DNA of 64,000 nt. Source: Candidatus Omnitrophota bacterium. GTDB lineage: Bacteria; Omnitrophota; Gorgyraeia; Duberdicusellales; 4484-171. Numbering within the stretch: the first letter of the stretch is position 1; each line of letters starts with the position of its first letter. The translations under genes and the position numbers were made by a program. Under the pieces are notes generated by a model that was given only the letters and a program-made list of their open reading frames with translations, did no database searches and had not been told where the DNA came from. Below, one piece after another: positions 18,042-27,251 of this stretch. Location of the stretch: NCBI GenBank assembly GCA_003154195.1, contig PMCS01000030.1:123446-187445 (forward strand), read 5' to 3'.

Positions 18042-19751
18042 ATGGCCAGATATAGAAAAATAGGGGATATCCTGTTAGCGGAAGGGATTATCACCGAAAC
18101 ACAAATTAAAGAAGCGATTGCCGCCCAGCAAAAAGAAGGCGGGAAGTTGGGAGAAATCCTGGTTAAGCTGGGATATGTCACGGAAGAGCAAATCGTTATC
18201 GCCTTAAGCAAACAATTATCCATTTCTTATGTTTCCCTTGTCTCGGGAAAATTAAAGCCGGCCGCCGATCAGGAGCTGGAAGAGCTCGTTCCCCACGACT
18301 TTGCCGTGAGAAACCTGGTGCTGCCGCTTTTTCGCAATATCAATTCTTTAACGGTAGTGATGTTCAATCCCCTTGATTTAATCCTCATCGATAATTTAAA
18401 GAAACTGACCGGATGCGAGATAAATCTTATCATATCCACCAAAGCGGATATTTTAAAAGCAATCGAAGCGTTTTACGGCAAAGACAGCCTTTTGAAGGAT
18501 ATGATTGATGCGGCCGCCGGCGATAATATTGTCACCGCGGAGATCCGCAATGTGGCGCAGAGCGATTTAAGCATCGATAAACTTATCGAACAGGCGGAAG
18601 AGGCGCCGGTAATCAAGCTTGTTGATTTGATCATTAAGCAGGCGATTGACGAAAGCGCTTCGGATATCCACATCGAGCCCCAGTTTGATAAATTCAGCCT
18701 GCGCTATAGAATAGACGGTATGCTTTATGAGATGCCTTCCCCGGCCATGTCGTTGTATTCGCCGATCGTATCGAGGATTAAAATACTCTCCAAAATGGAT
18801 ATCGCGGAAAAACGCCTTCCTCAGGACGGAAGCTTTATGGTGAAGATGGGCGAACGGATCATCGATTTGCGGGTATCAAGTTTGCCTACGATTTACGGCG
18901 AGAAGGTCGTCATGAGGATTCTTGATAAAACGCGTATCCCCCTTGATCTGGCAAAACTGGGATTTTTGCCCCAGGAATTGGAGATGATCAGAAAAGGCAT
19001 ATCCTCGTCTTACGGTTTGGTTTTTCTTACCGGGCCTACGGGCAGCGGAAAATCAACGACGCTTTACGCGGCGCTTAATGAGCTGCGCTCGTCGACGACC
19101 AATATCCTTACCGCGGAGGACCCTGTCGAATACCGGGTCGAAGGGATCAACCAGGTGCAGGTTAAACCGGATATCGGCTTGACTTTTGCCACAGCCTTAC
19201 GCTGTTTTATGCGTCAGGACCCCGATATAATCCTGGTAGGAGAAGTGCGCGATTTGGAAACCGCGGAAATCTGCATAAAAGCGGCTTTGACCGGGCATCT
19301 GGTTTTATCTACCCTGCATACCAATGACGCGGCTTCTACTGTCACCCGGTTGGTGGATATCGGGTTGCCCAGTTATCTGGTTACGGCAAGTTTACGTTTG
19401 ATTGTTGCCCAACGATTAATACGTAAACTCTGCCCTCAATGCAAAGAGCCCTATGAGGTTAAGGAAGAAGAAATTCCCAAGGGGGTAAAGCTTAATTCCC
19501 CCGTGATTTATAAAGCGAAAGGCTGTGAAAAATGTAATTTTATCGGTTATAAAGGAAGGATGGTTATCCCCGAGATCATTCTGATGAGCGATGAATTGCG
19601 GGAAGCCATTCATAACAAGTGCAGTCCCGCTCAGTTTATGGAGATAGCCCGGCACAAAGGAACAATGACCCTTTTGGAGAGCGGTATCAAAAGAATCGAA
19701 GAGGGCGCTACTTCTTTAGAAGAAGTTCTTTCTTCGACTACGATATTTTAA
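18042..19751 (+). CDS. pilB: Type IV pilus extension ATPase PilB/GspE
   Basis: MshEN-like N-terminus (KIGDILL, KLGEILV), GPTGSGKST, RQDPDIILVGEVRD, zinc CxxC pairs. Confidence 0.95.
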   Translation: MARYRKIGDILLAEGIITETQIKEAIAAQQKEGGKLGEILVKLGYVTEEQIVIALSKQLSISYVSLVSGKLKPAADQELEELVPHDFAVRNLVLPLFRNINSLTVVMFNPLDLILIDNLKKLTGCEINLIISTKADILKAIEAFYGKDSLLKDMIDAAAGDNIVTAEIRNVAQSDLSIDKLIEQAEEAPVIKLVDLIIKQAIDESASDIHIEPQFDKFSLRYRIDGMLYEMPSPAMSLYSPIVSRIKILSKMDIAEKRLPQDGSFMVKMGERIIDLRVSSLPTIYGEKVVMRILDKTRIPLDLAKLGFLPQELEMIRKGISSSYGLVFLTGPTGSGKSTTLYAALNELRSSTTNILTAEDPVEYRVEGINQVQVKPDIGLTFATALRCFMRQDPDIILVGEVRDLETAEICIKAALTGHLVLSTLHTNDAASTVTRLVDIGLPSYLVTASLRLIVAQRLIRKLCPQCKEPYEVKEEEIPKGVKLNSPVIYKAKGCEKCNFIGYKGRMVIPEIILMSDELREAIHNKCSPAQFMEIARHKGTMTLLESGIKRIEEGATSLEEVLSSTTIF

Positions 19752-19799
19752 TAAAAATAACATAAAAACCAAAAAACTGAAAAACCAAAAAACTTAACA

Positions 19800-20174
19800 A
19801 TGAGCGATATTTTTAGATTCAGAGAATTTCCGGTATATAAAGACGCAAGAAAATTGAGAAAAGATTTAAAGCTGCTAAGTAAAGAAAAATTCCCCGGAAC
19901 CGAACAATATTGTTTAACATCTCAGTTGTGGAGAGCATTGGATTCGATTATTCTCAATATAGCCGAGGGTTCAGACAGATGTTCAGATACGGATTTCAGT
20001 AGATTTTTAAACAATTCCTTAACCTCCGTTAATGAAGTAGCCGCCCGTTTGGATTGTGCTTTAGATGATGGCTATATTACTGTAAAAGAGCAAGACATAT
20101 TTATTCCCTTGGCTGAAAATATTGCGAAACAGCTAAAGGCTTTTAGTTCAAAAGTACGAAATGATAATGGTTAG
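19800..20174 (+). CDS. Four-helix-bundle protein (23S rRNA IVS protein / Avd-like family)
   Basis: FREFPVY, EQYCLTSQLWRA..SI.LNIAEG, FSRFL, SVNEV; flanked by ~40-bp inverted arms. Confidence 0.88.
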   Translation: MSDIFRFREFPVYKDARKLRKDLKLLSKEKFPGTEQYCLTSQLWRALDSIILNIAEGSDRCSDTDFSRFLNNSLTSVNEVAARLDCALDDGYITVKEQDIFIPLAENIAKQLKAFSSKVRNDNG

Positions 20175-20215
20175 TTTCTCGGTTTTTAAGTTTTTTCGTT
20201 TTTAGGTTACCTACC

Positions 20216-21436
20216 ATGCCCCAATACCTCTACGTTGCTAAAACAAAAGACGCGCGTCAGATAAAAGAGAAAGAAGAAGCCGGCTCCCGGGAAGAGCTGG
20301 TGGCGCGGCTGCGCAGCCGCGGGCTGTTTATTATCTCGCTGGCGGAGGTGCAGGTTCAGAAAGGTCCCACGCTTTTTTTTATGAAGAAAAGCAAGCGCGG
20401 ATCGGTCAATCTTTACGACCTGACGCTTTTTTCGAGGAACCTGGCTACTACCTTGTCGAGCGGCGTAACATTATTGCGCAGCCTGGAGATACTCGCCGTT
20501 CAAACCGAGAGCGCTAAATTGGAAAAAATACTGAAAGCCTGCTCCGGATACATAAAAGGCGGGCTTTCTTTAAGTGATGCCATCGCCAAGTACCCCAATG
20601 TTTTTTCGCCGCTCTGGCGGGGTATTGTGGAAGTGGGGGAGGCCAGCGGAAATTTACCGTCGGTTCTGGAGAGATTGGCGGATTATTTAGAGATGCGCAT
20701 GGATTTTGAGCGTAAAGTGCAGAGCGCGATGGTATACCCGGCGATAATTCTTGTCGTTGCGGGCGGCGCGATGGTTGTTTTTTTTAAGTTTATCCTTCCT
20801 AAATTTACGGAAATATTCAAGCAATTTAATATGAAATTACCCCTGTCGACGCAGATTATGTTCACGATCAGCCAAATTTTTGAAAAATATTTTATTTTAC
20901 TTTTGGGAGGAACTGTAGGTTTAGTGATTGCCGGTATTTATGCGATGAAACAGCCCGAAGTAAGAAAGGTGTGGGATAGAGTCAGCCTTAAATTACCGAT
21001 ACTGGGCCCTCTTCTCACTCTCACTGCTTTGGAGAGGTTTACTTCTACGATTAATATTCTTTTAGACAGCGGGCTTCCCCTGGTATTCAGCCTCGAAGTT
21101 TCGGCGAGAGGTATCGGCAATTCTCTTTTGGAACATAGCATCCTGGCGGTTAAAGATAAGGTTAAGGAGGGTTCTCCTTTATCCGACGAATTAAGGAAGC
21201 TTAATATTTTTCCCGCTCTCGTATCGGAGATGTCCAAAATCGGCGAAGAAACCGGCAGTATGCCTGAGGTGTATAAAAAAATATCAGTATATTATCAAAA
21301 AGAATTATCGGCGCGCGTCGAGCGTCTTGTCGCGGCGTTCGAGCCGTTAATGATTGTTTTTATGGGACTGCTTATCGGAGCAATGGTTATTTCTTTATTT
21401 CTGCCCCTGTTTAAGCTTAGCTCGCCTGGCGGGTAA
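20216..21436 (+). CDS. pilC: Type IV pilus platform protein PilC/GspF
   Basis: GEASGNL, AMVYP, GEETG, FEPLMI. Confidence 0.94.
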   Translation: MPQYLYVAKTKDARQIKEKEEAGSREELVARLRSRGLFIISLAEVQVQKGPTLFFMKKSKRGSVNLYDLTLFSRNLATTLSSGVTLLRSLEILAVQTESAKLEKILKACSGYIKGGLSLSDAIAKYPNVFSPLWRGIVEVGEASGNLPSVLERLADYLEMRMDFERKVQSAMVYPAIILVVAGGAMVVFFKFILPKFTEIFKQFNMKLPLSTQIMFTISQIFEKYFILLLGGTVGLVIAGIYAMKQPEVRKVWDRVSLKLPILGPLLTLTALERFTSTINILLDSGLPLVFSLEVSARGIGNSLLEHSILAVKDKVKEGSPLSDELRKLNIFPALVSEMSKIGEETGSMPEVYKKISVYYQKELSARVERLVAAFEPLMIVFMGLLIGAMVISLFLPLFKLSSPGG

Positions 21437-21708
21437 TACTAAACCACCGACGAATTCGGTGGCAATCCACTCAAAAGTAACGTATCGGCGAATTGGGGAA
21501 TTTGCCATTCTCTAAACGCGGCAACCGCTGATCTGGCTAAGCATTCCAGCGGTAAGGCGGAGGCGGCGCTTCATATCTACTGGCGCGCTACCTAAAAAAA
21601 ACATTTGACTTTTGCCAATGGAATATTATGATTAATAGTATAGAAATCAACAAAAAGTATTTCATTTATACATACCGGAAAGTTAATAAAGAAAAAAGGA
21701 GGATACTT

Positions 21709-22143
21709 ATGAGAAGAAAAAGCTTTACGCTTTTAGAATTGGTAATCGTTCTTATTATTCTCGGCGTTTTAGCTACATTAGGCATTTCGCAATACATGAG
21801 AAGTATTGAGCAATCTCGCGGCGCCGAAGCGCGGTCAATATTGGGCCAGATTCGCACTTCTGTTTTAGGCTATTATATGTCAATAAGTACTCTGACCGGT
21901 ATCGATAATACTGCTGTCGGCATAGGAACAACTAACGATCTTATTCCTTCTTCTTGCCGAGCCAGTCATTATTTTAACTACGCTTTGAGCCTTATAACTT
22001 CTACCACTCTTAGAATTGATGGAACTCGTTGCAGCGCCGGCGGCAAGACGCCCACGGCTAGTGTTGGTATAGGGGGTATTCAGTTGACGGTTGACGCTAA
22101 CGCCGGTACCGATACCTGGTCGATGTCCCCGGCTTATAGGTGA
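21709..22143 (+). CDS. Type IV major pilin candidate
   Basis: MRRKS-FTLLELVIV; AGGAGG RBS; sigma70-like TTGACT/TATGAT upstream; terminator downstream; two C-terminal Cys. Confidence 0.88.
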   Translation: MRRKSFTLLELVIVLIILGVLATLGISQYMRSIEQSRGAEARSILGQIRTSVLGYYMSISTLTGIDNTAVGIGTTNDLIPSSCRASHYFNYALSLITSTTLRIDGTRCSAGGKTPTASVGIGGIQLTVDANAGTDTWSMSPAYR

Positions 22144-22290
22144 TACCCGGCGTAATATTTTTGAAATTAATAAGAGGTTTTTATTCCCAGCTTAATCGCT
22201 TTGGTATAACAGGGGTTACTAAGGGTATAGTTTTTTTCAAGGTAATAAGCGATAGGCAGGTATAAATAAGCAGGGGCAAAATTTTGTTTT

Positions 22291-22330
22291 AGGGCGATAG
22301 CTTTTTGAAGAAAAGCTATCGCCCTTTTTG
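22291..22330 (+). terminator. Intrinsic terminator after pilin
   Basis: 15-bp stem AGGGCGATAGCTTTT/AAAAGCTATCGCCCT followed by T-run. Confidence 0.75.
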
Positions 22331-22441
22331 TTTTTTCCATAGCCAGGTATATTTTGCCTAAATTAAAATGGGCTTGTAAGTCAAAAGGATTTGTTTTTAT
22401 CCGGGCCCGGTAATAAGAGATTGTTTTTTTGCTTAGCCGGT

Positions 22442-24442
22442 TTATTTTTTCGTTTTTCCGTTTGCTTCGTAAAGTCCGGTAAGAAGCGGGTAAGCCGATA
22501 AAAAATCCGGGTCAAGCTTTATCGCTTTTTCCAGATTTTTTATCGCATCTTCCGGCAAGCCGGTTTTTCTGTATAAAACTGCCAGATTGTAATAAATTCC
22601 CGGCGTTTCATTATTCATCGCGATAGTCTGATTATATTCTTCTATAGCTTTTTTGTAATTGCCCAGCGCGGAATACGCTAGCCCGAGGTTATAGTGCGCC
22701 GGGGCGCTGGGCGTTGTCTGGAGAGATTTTTTCAGATACCGGACAGCTTTCGGGATATCTTGATGATTAAAATAATACATCCCCAGCGCGTTATATACCC
22801 ACTCGTGTTCGTTTTTTAGTTTCGGTTCTATCGCCAGGGTTTTTTTATATAATTTTACCGCTTTTCTAAAATCGCCCGCCATATAATATTCGTCAGCTAA
22901 ATTTTTCCACATCCGCGCGCTTTTCGGCGAGTATCGTAACGTCCGTTTGTAAAAAGCGAGAGGTTCCCGCCAATAATTATTTTGTTGTATCGTGCGGATA
23001 GAATAGAAAATCACCAGCGATAGCGTCAGAAGTATCAACGGCAGTCTTAAATTATTTTTTTTGTATAGAAAGGATAATTTTTCGGCGATAACAAGGAAAA
23101 AACCGATCGAGGGGAGATAGAGCCAGTGTTCAGCCATGTAAGCGTTTATTGGGTAGATATTCGCATAGGGAAGAAGGGTAAGAAAAAACCAGAGAATAGA
23201 AAATGTTACGAGATAATTTTCCTTTCTTTTTTTGAACGCATAAACAAGCAGACCTGAAAAAATAGTTGCGCCGGCAATTATTTTTGCGATATTCAAAGCG
23301 CCGGGGGCTTTGCCGTATTCTACGTGGAGGTTGAACGGCAATATCAATAATTTGAGGTAATCGAGAAGCGCGCAGAAAAAATTAATTGTCCTTACGGTAA
23401 AAGGAGGGGTTTCAACGCCGGCGAGCGGTAATTTTAACAGCGCGTGCCGGGCGATAAGATAAAGGGAGCTTAAAATAAAAAGAAAAAATATTTCTTTTCT
23501 TTTTATTCTCCTTCGCCGAATACCCTGCGGCTTGCCGCAGGGATGAAGGCTCTGCTGCTTGGCTTCGGAGAAATGAAGCTGGATACCCCGCGGCTTGCCG
23601 CGGGGAGAACATTGGTGCTTCATTTTACCGCAGAAAACCGCCGTTGTAAGGCGGCGGATGAATGCGGTAAAATAATCCCGCCGTATTTTGGCGGGATTAT
23701 ACCGGTAAGCCCCCGGCTCTACGAGCCGAAGGGTTCGGAGAGCCACCGGCGTAAGCCGGTGGTAGTTCACTGCCGCGATAAAGGATGGCGCGGTTGTTTT
23801 ACCCGATGGAGAAAGTTTAAGTTGATTGTTTTTTTGATCAAGATAAGCATAGAGAACCAGCAAGGCGGGCACAACGATTACCGACGATTCTTTTGACAAT
23901 AGCGCCGCCAGGTATGAAGCGGTTAACGCGGCGCGCCATCGTAATTCAGGTTCGCGGCAATACTTTATGTAAGACAATAGCGCGAGAAGAATAAATATTG
24001 CCGATAACAAATCGGCCCTGCCGGATATGAAAGAAACTGCTTCCGTGTGAAGAGGGCAGGCGATAAATAATACGCCGGTAATAAACGCGGTCAGATAATC
24101 GCCGGCAATAACAGAAATCAGCCAATATAATAATAGCGCTACGCTTATGTGCAGGAGGATATTGGTTAAACGGTATCCCGCGGGGTTTAATTTCCACAAC
24201 GCGTAGTCGCCGGCGTAGGTTACGATTTCCAGCGGCCGGTAAAAAGCGTTATCCCGGTCTAACCCCCCGGTGATATTAGTTTTGAATACTTCGCCTAAGC
24301 CGTTCCAGCTTCTTATGTGATTGTTGCGGACGACTAAAACCTTGTCGTCCCAGATAAATTTACCGCCCAGCGAGCCGGAATAAATAATAAATCCCAGGGA
24401 GGCGATTAAAAAAAGATGCGCAAAAATATATTTTTTAGCCAT
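22442..24442 (-). CDS. GT-C membrane glycosyltransferase with C-terminal TPRs (TMTC-like), with ~100-aa in-frame palindromic insertion
   Basis: FIWDD, YRPL, NILLH, PLHTEAV, SGRADLL, SKES, AEHWLYLP, TPR repeats. Confidence 0.88.
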   Translation of the reverse strand: MAKKYIFAHLFLIASLGFIIYSGSLGGKFIWDDKVLVVRNNHIRSWNGLGEVFKTNITGGLDRDNAFYRPLEIVTYAGDYALWKLNPAGYRLTNILLHISVALLLYWLISVIAGDYLTAFITGVLFIACPLHTEAVSFISGRADLLSAIFILLALLSYIKYCREPELRWRAALTASYLAALLSKESSVIVVPALLVLYAYLDQKNNQLKLSPSGKTTAPSFIAAVNYHRLTPVALRTLRLVEPGAYRYNPAKIRRDYFTAFIRRLTTAVFCGKMKHQCSPRGKPRGIQLHFSEAKQQSLHPCGKPQGIRRRRIKRKEIFFLFILSSLYLIARHALLKLPLAGVETPPFTVRTINFFCALLDYLKLLILPFNLHVEYGKAPGALNIAKIIAGATIFSGLLVYAFKKRKENYLVTFSILWFFLTLLPYANIYPINAYMAEHWLYLPSIGFFLVIAEKLSFLYKKNNLRLPLILLTLSLVIFYSIRTIQQNNYWREPLAFYKRTLRYSPKSARMWKNLADEYYMAGDFRKAVKLYKKTLAIEPKLKNEHEWVYNALGMYYFNHQDIPKAVRYLKKSLQTTPSAPAHYNLGLAYSALGNYKKAIEEYNQTIAMNNETPGIYYNLAVLYRKTGLPEDAIKNLEKAIKLDPDFLSAYPLLTGLYEANGKTKK
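23502..23770. mobile_element. Stack of palindromic elements inside the ORF, ending in an IS200/IS605-right-end-like hairpin
   Basis: CCCTGCGGCTTGCCGCAGGG, CCCCGCGGCTTGCCGCGGGG, CCACCGGCGTAAGCCGGTGG-TAGTTCAC; ends shared with 52856-53008. Confidence 0.7.
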
Positions 24443-25124
24443 TTATTTTCCAGCAGATTATTTCTTTGAATGTTCCCCAGATTGTTTTTAAATTAGCTAC
24501 TTTAGATTTACCGCCGGCGCGGGGGAGGTTGACGATGGAGATTTTTTTAAAGCGAAATCCTTGTTGGTAGGCTTTGATCACTAATTCAAAATTGAAGACG
24601 AATCGAGAATTTACGCATATTTTATCAAGAATTTTACGATGGAACAAATAAATCCCTTCGAGTGTGGGAAATTTACCGAAAAGGAGCCGCAATAACAGCC
24701 TTACCCCGGCGGACATGATTTTTCGGAATAATGAAGTATTGCGTTGATGATAAACCGTCGTGACGAAGTCAACGCTGTCGTCAAGCGCTTTCGCGCATTG
24801 GCCAAGCGCGGCAGGTTCGATTTGGCCGTCGGCAGGAAAAAATGATATCCAGCGATAACGCGCCTGCCGGAAACCGTCCGCCAGGCATTTGCCGATACCT
24901 TGTTTGAGCGTATGGGTAATAATAGTTACGTGGGTGTTTTTTTTAGACAGGCGGTCGGCAATTTTTGGCGTTTCATCGGTTGAGCCGTCGTTGATAATAA
25001 TAATTTCGTAGGCGCTGCCGGATATTGTTTGTAATACGGCGTTGACACTTTCCGCAACTTCGCCGAGGGTTTTTTCTTCGTTATAGGCGGGGATAATAAC
25101 CGAAAGATCAATCATAATATTCAA
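24435..25124 (-). CDS. GT2 glycosyltransferase (polyprenol-phosphate sugar synthase-like)
   Basis: SVIIPAYNEE, INDGSTD, PADGQ, RAGGKSK. Confidence 0.9.
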   Translation of the reverse strand: MNIMIDLSVIIPAYNEEKTLGEVAESVNAVLQTISGSAYEIIIINDGSTDETPKIADRLSKKNTHVTIITHTLKQGIGKCLADGFRQARYRWISFFPADGQIEPAALGQCAKALDDSVDFVTTVYHQRNTSLFRKIMSAGVRLLLRLLFGKFPTLEGIYLFHRKILDKICVNSRFVFNFELVIKAYQQGFRFKKISIVNLPRAGGKSKVANLKTIWGTFKEIICWKING

Positions 25125-27058
25125 TTACGAATGGGAAGAACAATTTCGCCGATGGCAACGCTTCCGTCGGGGTTAATCGATTTTTGGCTTATTTTTTGAT
25201 CGAAAGTAAAAAATGTGCCTCTGTCCATCGAAGCTAATGTTAAGAGCAGAGCATATTTTCCTTTCGGTAAGTAACCCGGTATGGTCATAATATAGTAATC
25301 GTTGATAGTTTCGTCTTTTTGCCAGCGCTGGGTAGGATATATTCCATAACAAAGTTGGCGGATAGTTTCGTAGCGGGTTTTGCCGTTCTGGTCGACTAAT
25401 CGGATAAGCATCCCCAGGGTATTGTCATTTGGGTTTAAACAGCGCCAGGTAAAAGAAAATTTAATTGCCGTTGTCCCGCCTGCCTTTACCGGCGAATAAT
25501 TATAATCCTGGAGGCTGATTTTACCGGCAAGCGCGGCTGACGGTGTTTTATCAAATCCGCGTATCTTCGCCGGGATAATTTCGTATAATTTTTTATTGCC
25601 GGGGTGATTTTTTTTAAAAAGGGCGATGCTGTCAATAAAATCTATTACTTGCCAATTATTTCCTTCAAGAAAACGACGCATGTTTAAATCGGAATCAGGT
25701 TTGCGAAAGTATATCGTTGTATAGATATCATTAAAATCAATAAGCGCGTATTCGATATTGTCGGGGATAGCGTAAGGAACCCCGGGCCTCAGTTCGCCCT
25801 GGTAGATATAGTGGAAGGCATATAAGTAGCGCCGGTTCGACAGGTGGCTTAAAAATTCAAAAGTGCTCACAACCGCCGCGTTTTTGGGAATCATGGCAAT
25901 CAAGCGTTGTTTTTGTTTGGCGGTATTTTCTCTCAATAGGAGCACTAATTCTTTATTCATAGAATGGATCGGGCCGTAGATTATGTTGCTGATAATCGGC
26001 AGGATAATAATGTAGGAAAAGATGCGGCGCGGCAGATTGCCGCCGGAAAATTTTAACAAGCCGTATATCGCGGAAATATAAATGAAGGGGGTCATCGCGA
26101 TAGTGTAATGATTGACGATACTATGTTCAGCTATTCGTGTCGAAAGAAGGTGCTGCAGGATATTGAGCGCGCAAATCATTAATTCTTTGAGGGCAAAAAG
26201 AGAAAAGAAACCAGCGGGCATTAATATTTGCAGGATGAAATAACCGTTATCTTCTTGCAATAATGGTTGGAATAATATGGATGGCCGTGTAAGGATATTT
26301 TTAAATATTTCCGGAAAATCTTTTCCTAAATAGGCGTAAAACTGTTCATAGTTTACACCGGTGCGAAAATGCGGCAGAAAAACAAAAATCCCCAGATATA
26401 ACCAGACGAGGCTTATCGTTATGGGCAGTATTGACCAGCGCCACGGTTTTTTATCCAGCGCCGCGTATATTCCTATCATCAGCGTAACCAGGGTCATATC
26501 CAGGCGGCAAGCAATCGTGAGCAGGATACAGGTTATGTACCACCAGAAGCGGTCAGTCTTTAAACAATAAAATGCCCATAACAGCGTCAACCCGGCTAAG
26601 ACTAAATCAAAGTATTCAAAAAGCGCAAGAAACCATAGCGCGGGATATAAAAGATAAGAAACGGCAAACGCGGCGCCTAACCTTGGGGAGTGAGCGTGGC
26701 GGCCGATTAGGAATATCGGCATCGCTCCGGCGGCGAGGATGATTACTTTTATTATCAACATTGCCTGCGGAGAACAAAAAAACAAAGCATAAAGAAGGCT
26801 AAAGGGATAAGCAATAATTTCAATAGCATTACCCCATATCGTGGTATTGTCGATAATCGAAGCGCGGGGGCTGCCATGCAGGATATTCCAATATTTTTGC
26901 AAATGGATGGCAAAATCAAAATCAATATGAGAAAATGAGTTGTATTTCCATAAGCAGATGGCGCTGAAAATCACTGTATAGATCAGCATTCCCAGCAATA
27001 CAATAAAAAAGTATTTTTGTTTTAAAATGTAATTAAACGCTATTTTAAGATTTTTCAT
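25121..27058 (-). CDS. DUF2079-like multi-TM GT-C membrane protein with periplasmic C-terminal domain
   Basis: DFDFAI loop after first TM, YLLYP, many TMs, YPTQRWQKDE C-terminal motif. Confidence 0.7.
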   Translation of the reverse strand: MKNLKIAFNYILKQKYFFIVLLGMLIYTVIFSAICLWKYNSFSHIDFDFAIHLQKYWNILHGSPRASIIDNTTIWGNAIEIIAYPFSLLYALFFCSPQAMLIIKVIILAAGAMPIFLIGRHAHSPRLGAAFAVSYLLYPALWFLALFEYFDLVLAGLTLLWAFYCLKTDRFWWYITCILLTIACRLDMTLVTLMIGIYAALDKKPWRWSILPITISLVWLYLGIFVFLPHFRTGVNYEQFYAYLGKDFPEIFKNILTRPSILFQPLLQEDNGYFILQILMPAGFFSLFALKELMICALNILQHLLSTRIAEHSIVNHYTIAMTPFIYISAIYGLLKFSGGNLPRRIFSYIIILPIISNIIYGPIHSMNKELVLLLRENTAKQKQRLIAMIPKNAAVVSTFEFLSHLSNRRYLYAFHYIYQGELRPGVPYAIPDNIEYALIDFNDIYTTIYFRKPDSDLNMRRFLEGNNWQVIDFIDSIALFKKNHPGNKKLYEIIPAKIRGFDKTPSAALAGKISLQDYNYSPVKAGGTTAIKFSFTWRCLNPNDNTLGMLIRLVDQNGKTRYETIRQLCYGIYPTQRWQKDETINDYYIMTIPGYLPKGKYALLLTLASMDRGTFFTFDQKISQKSINPDGSVAIGEIVLPIRN

Positions 27059-27251
27059 ATCATCAACAATACACTGTTTAAAAGGATTAGTCAAGAATTT
27101 TCCGGTAAGAAAATTACGCCGGATAGAGACGGCCAGGTATTCGGCGAAAAGCTTTTTTGTTTTTGTCGTTAGCCTGCCGCTAAACACCTCGCCGGTAATT
27201 TTGCACAAAACAGTTGCAGTTTAAGGTTGGCCGGTGTATTATTATTTCTTG

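Noticed and set aside
19800-20174. Diversity-generating retroelement
   Set aside because: Avd-like fold only; no reverse transcriptase and no TR/VR pair differing at adenines seen
23543-23896. + strand 117-aa ORF
   Set aside because: Antisense reading of the palindromic insert
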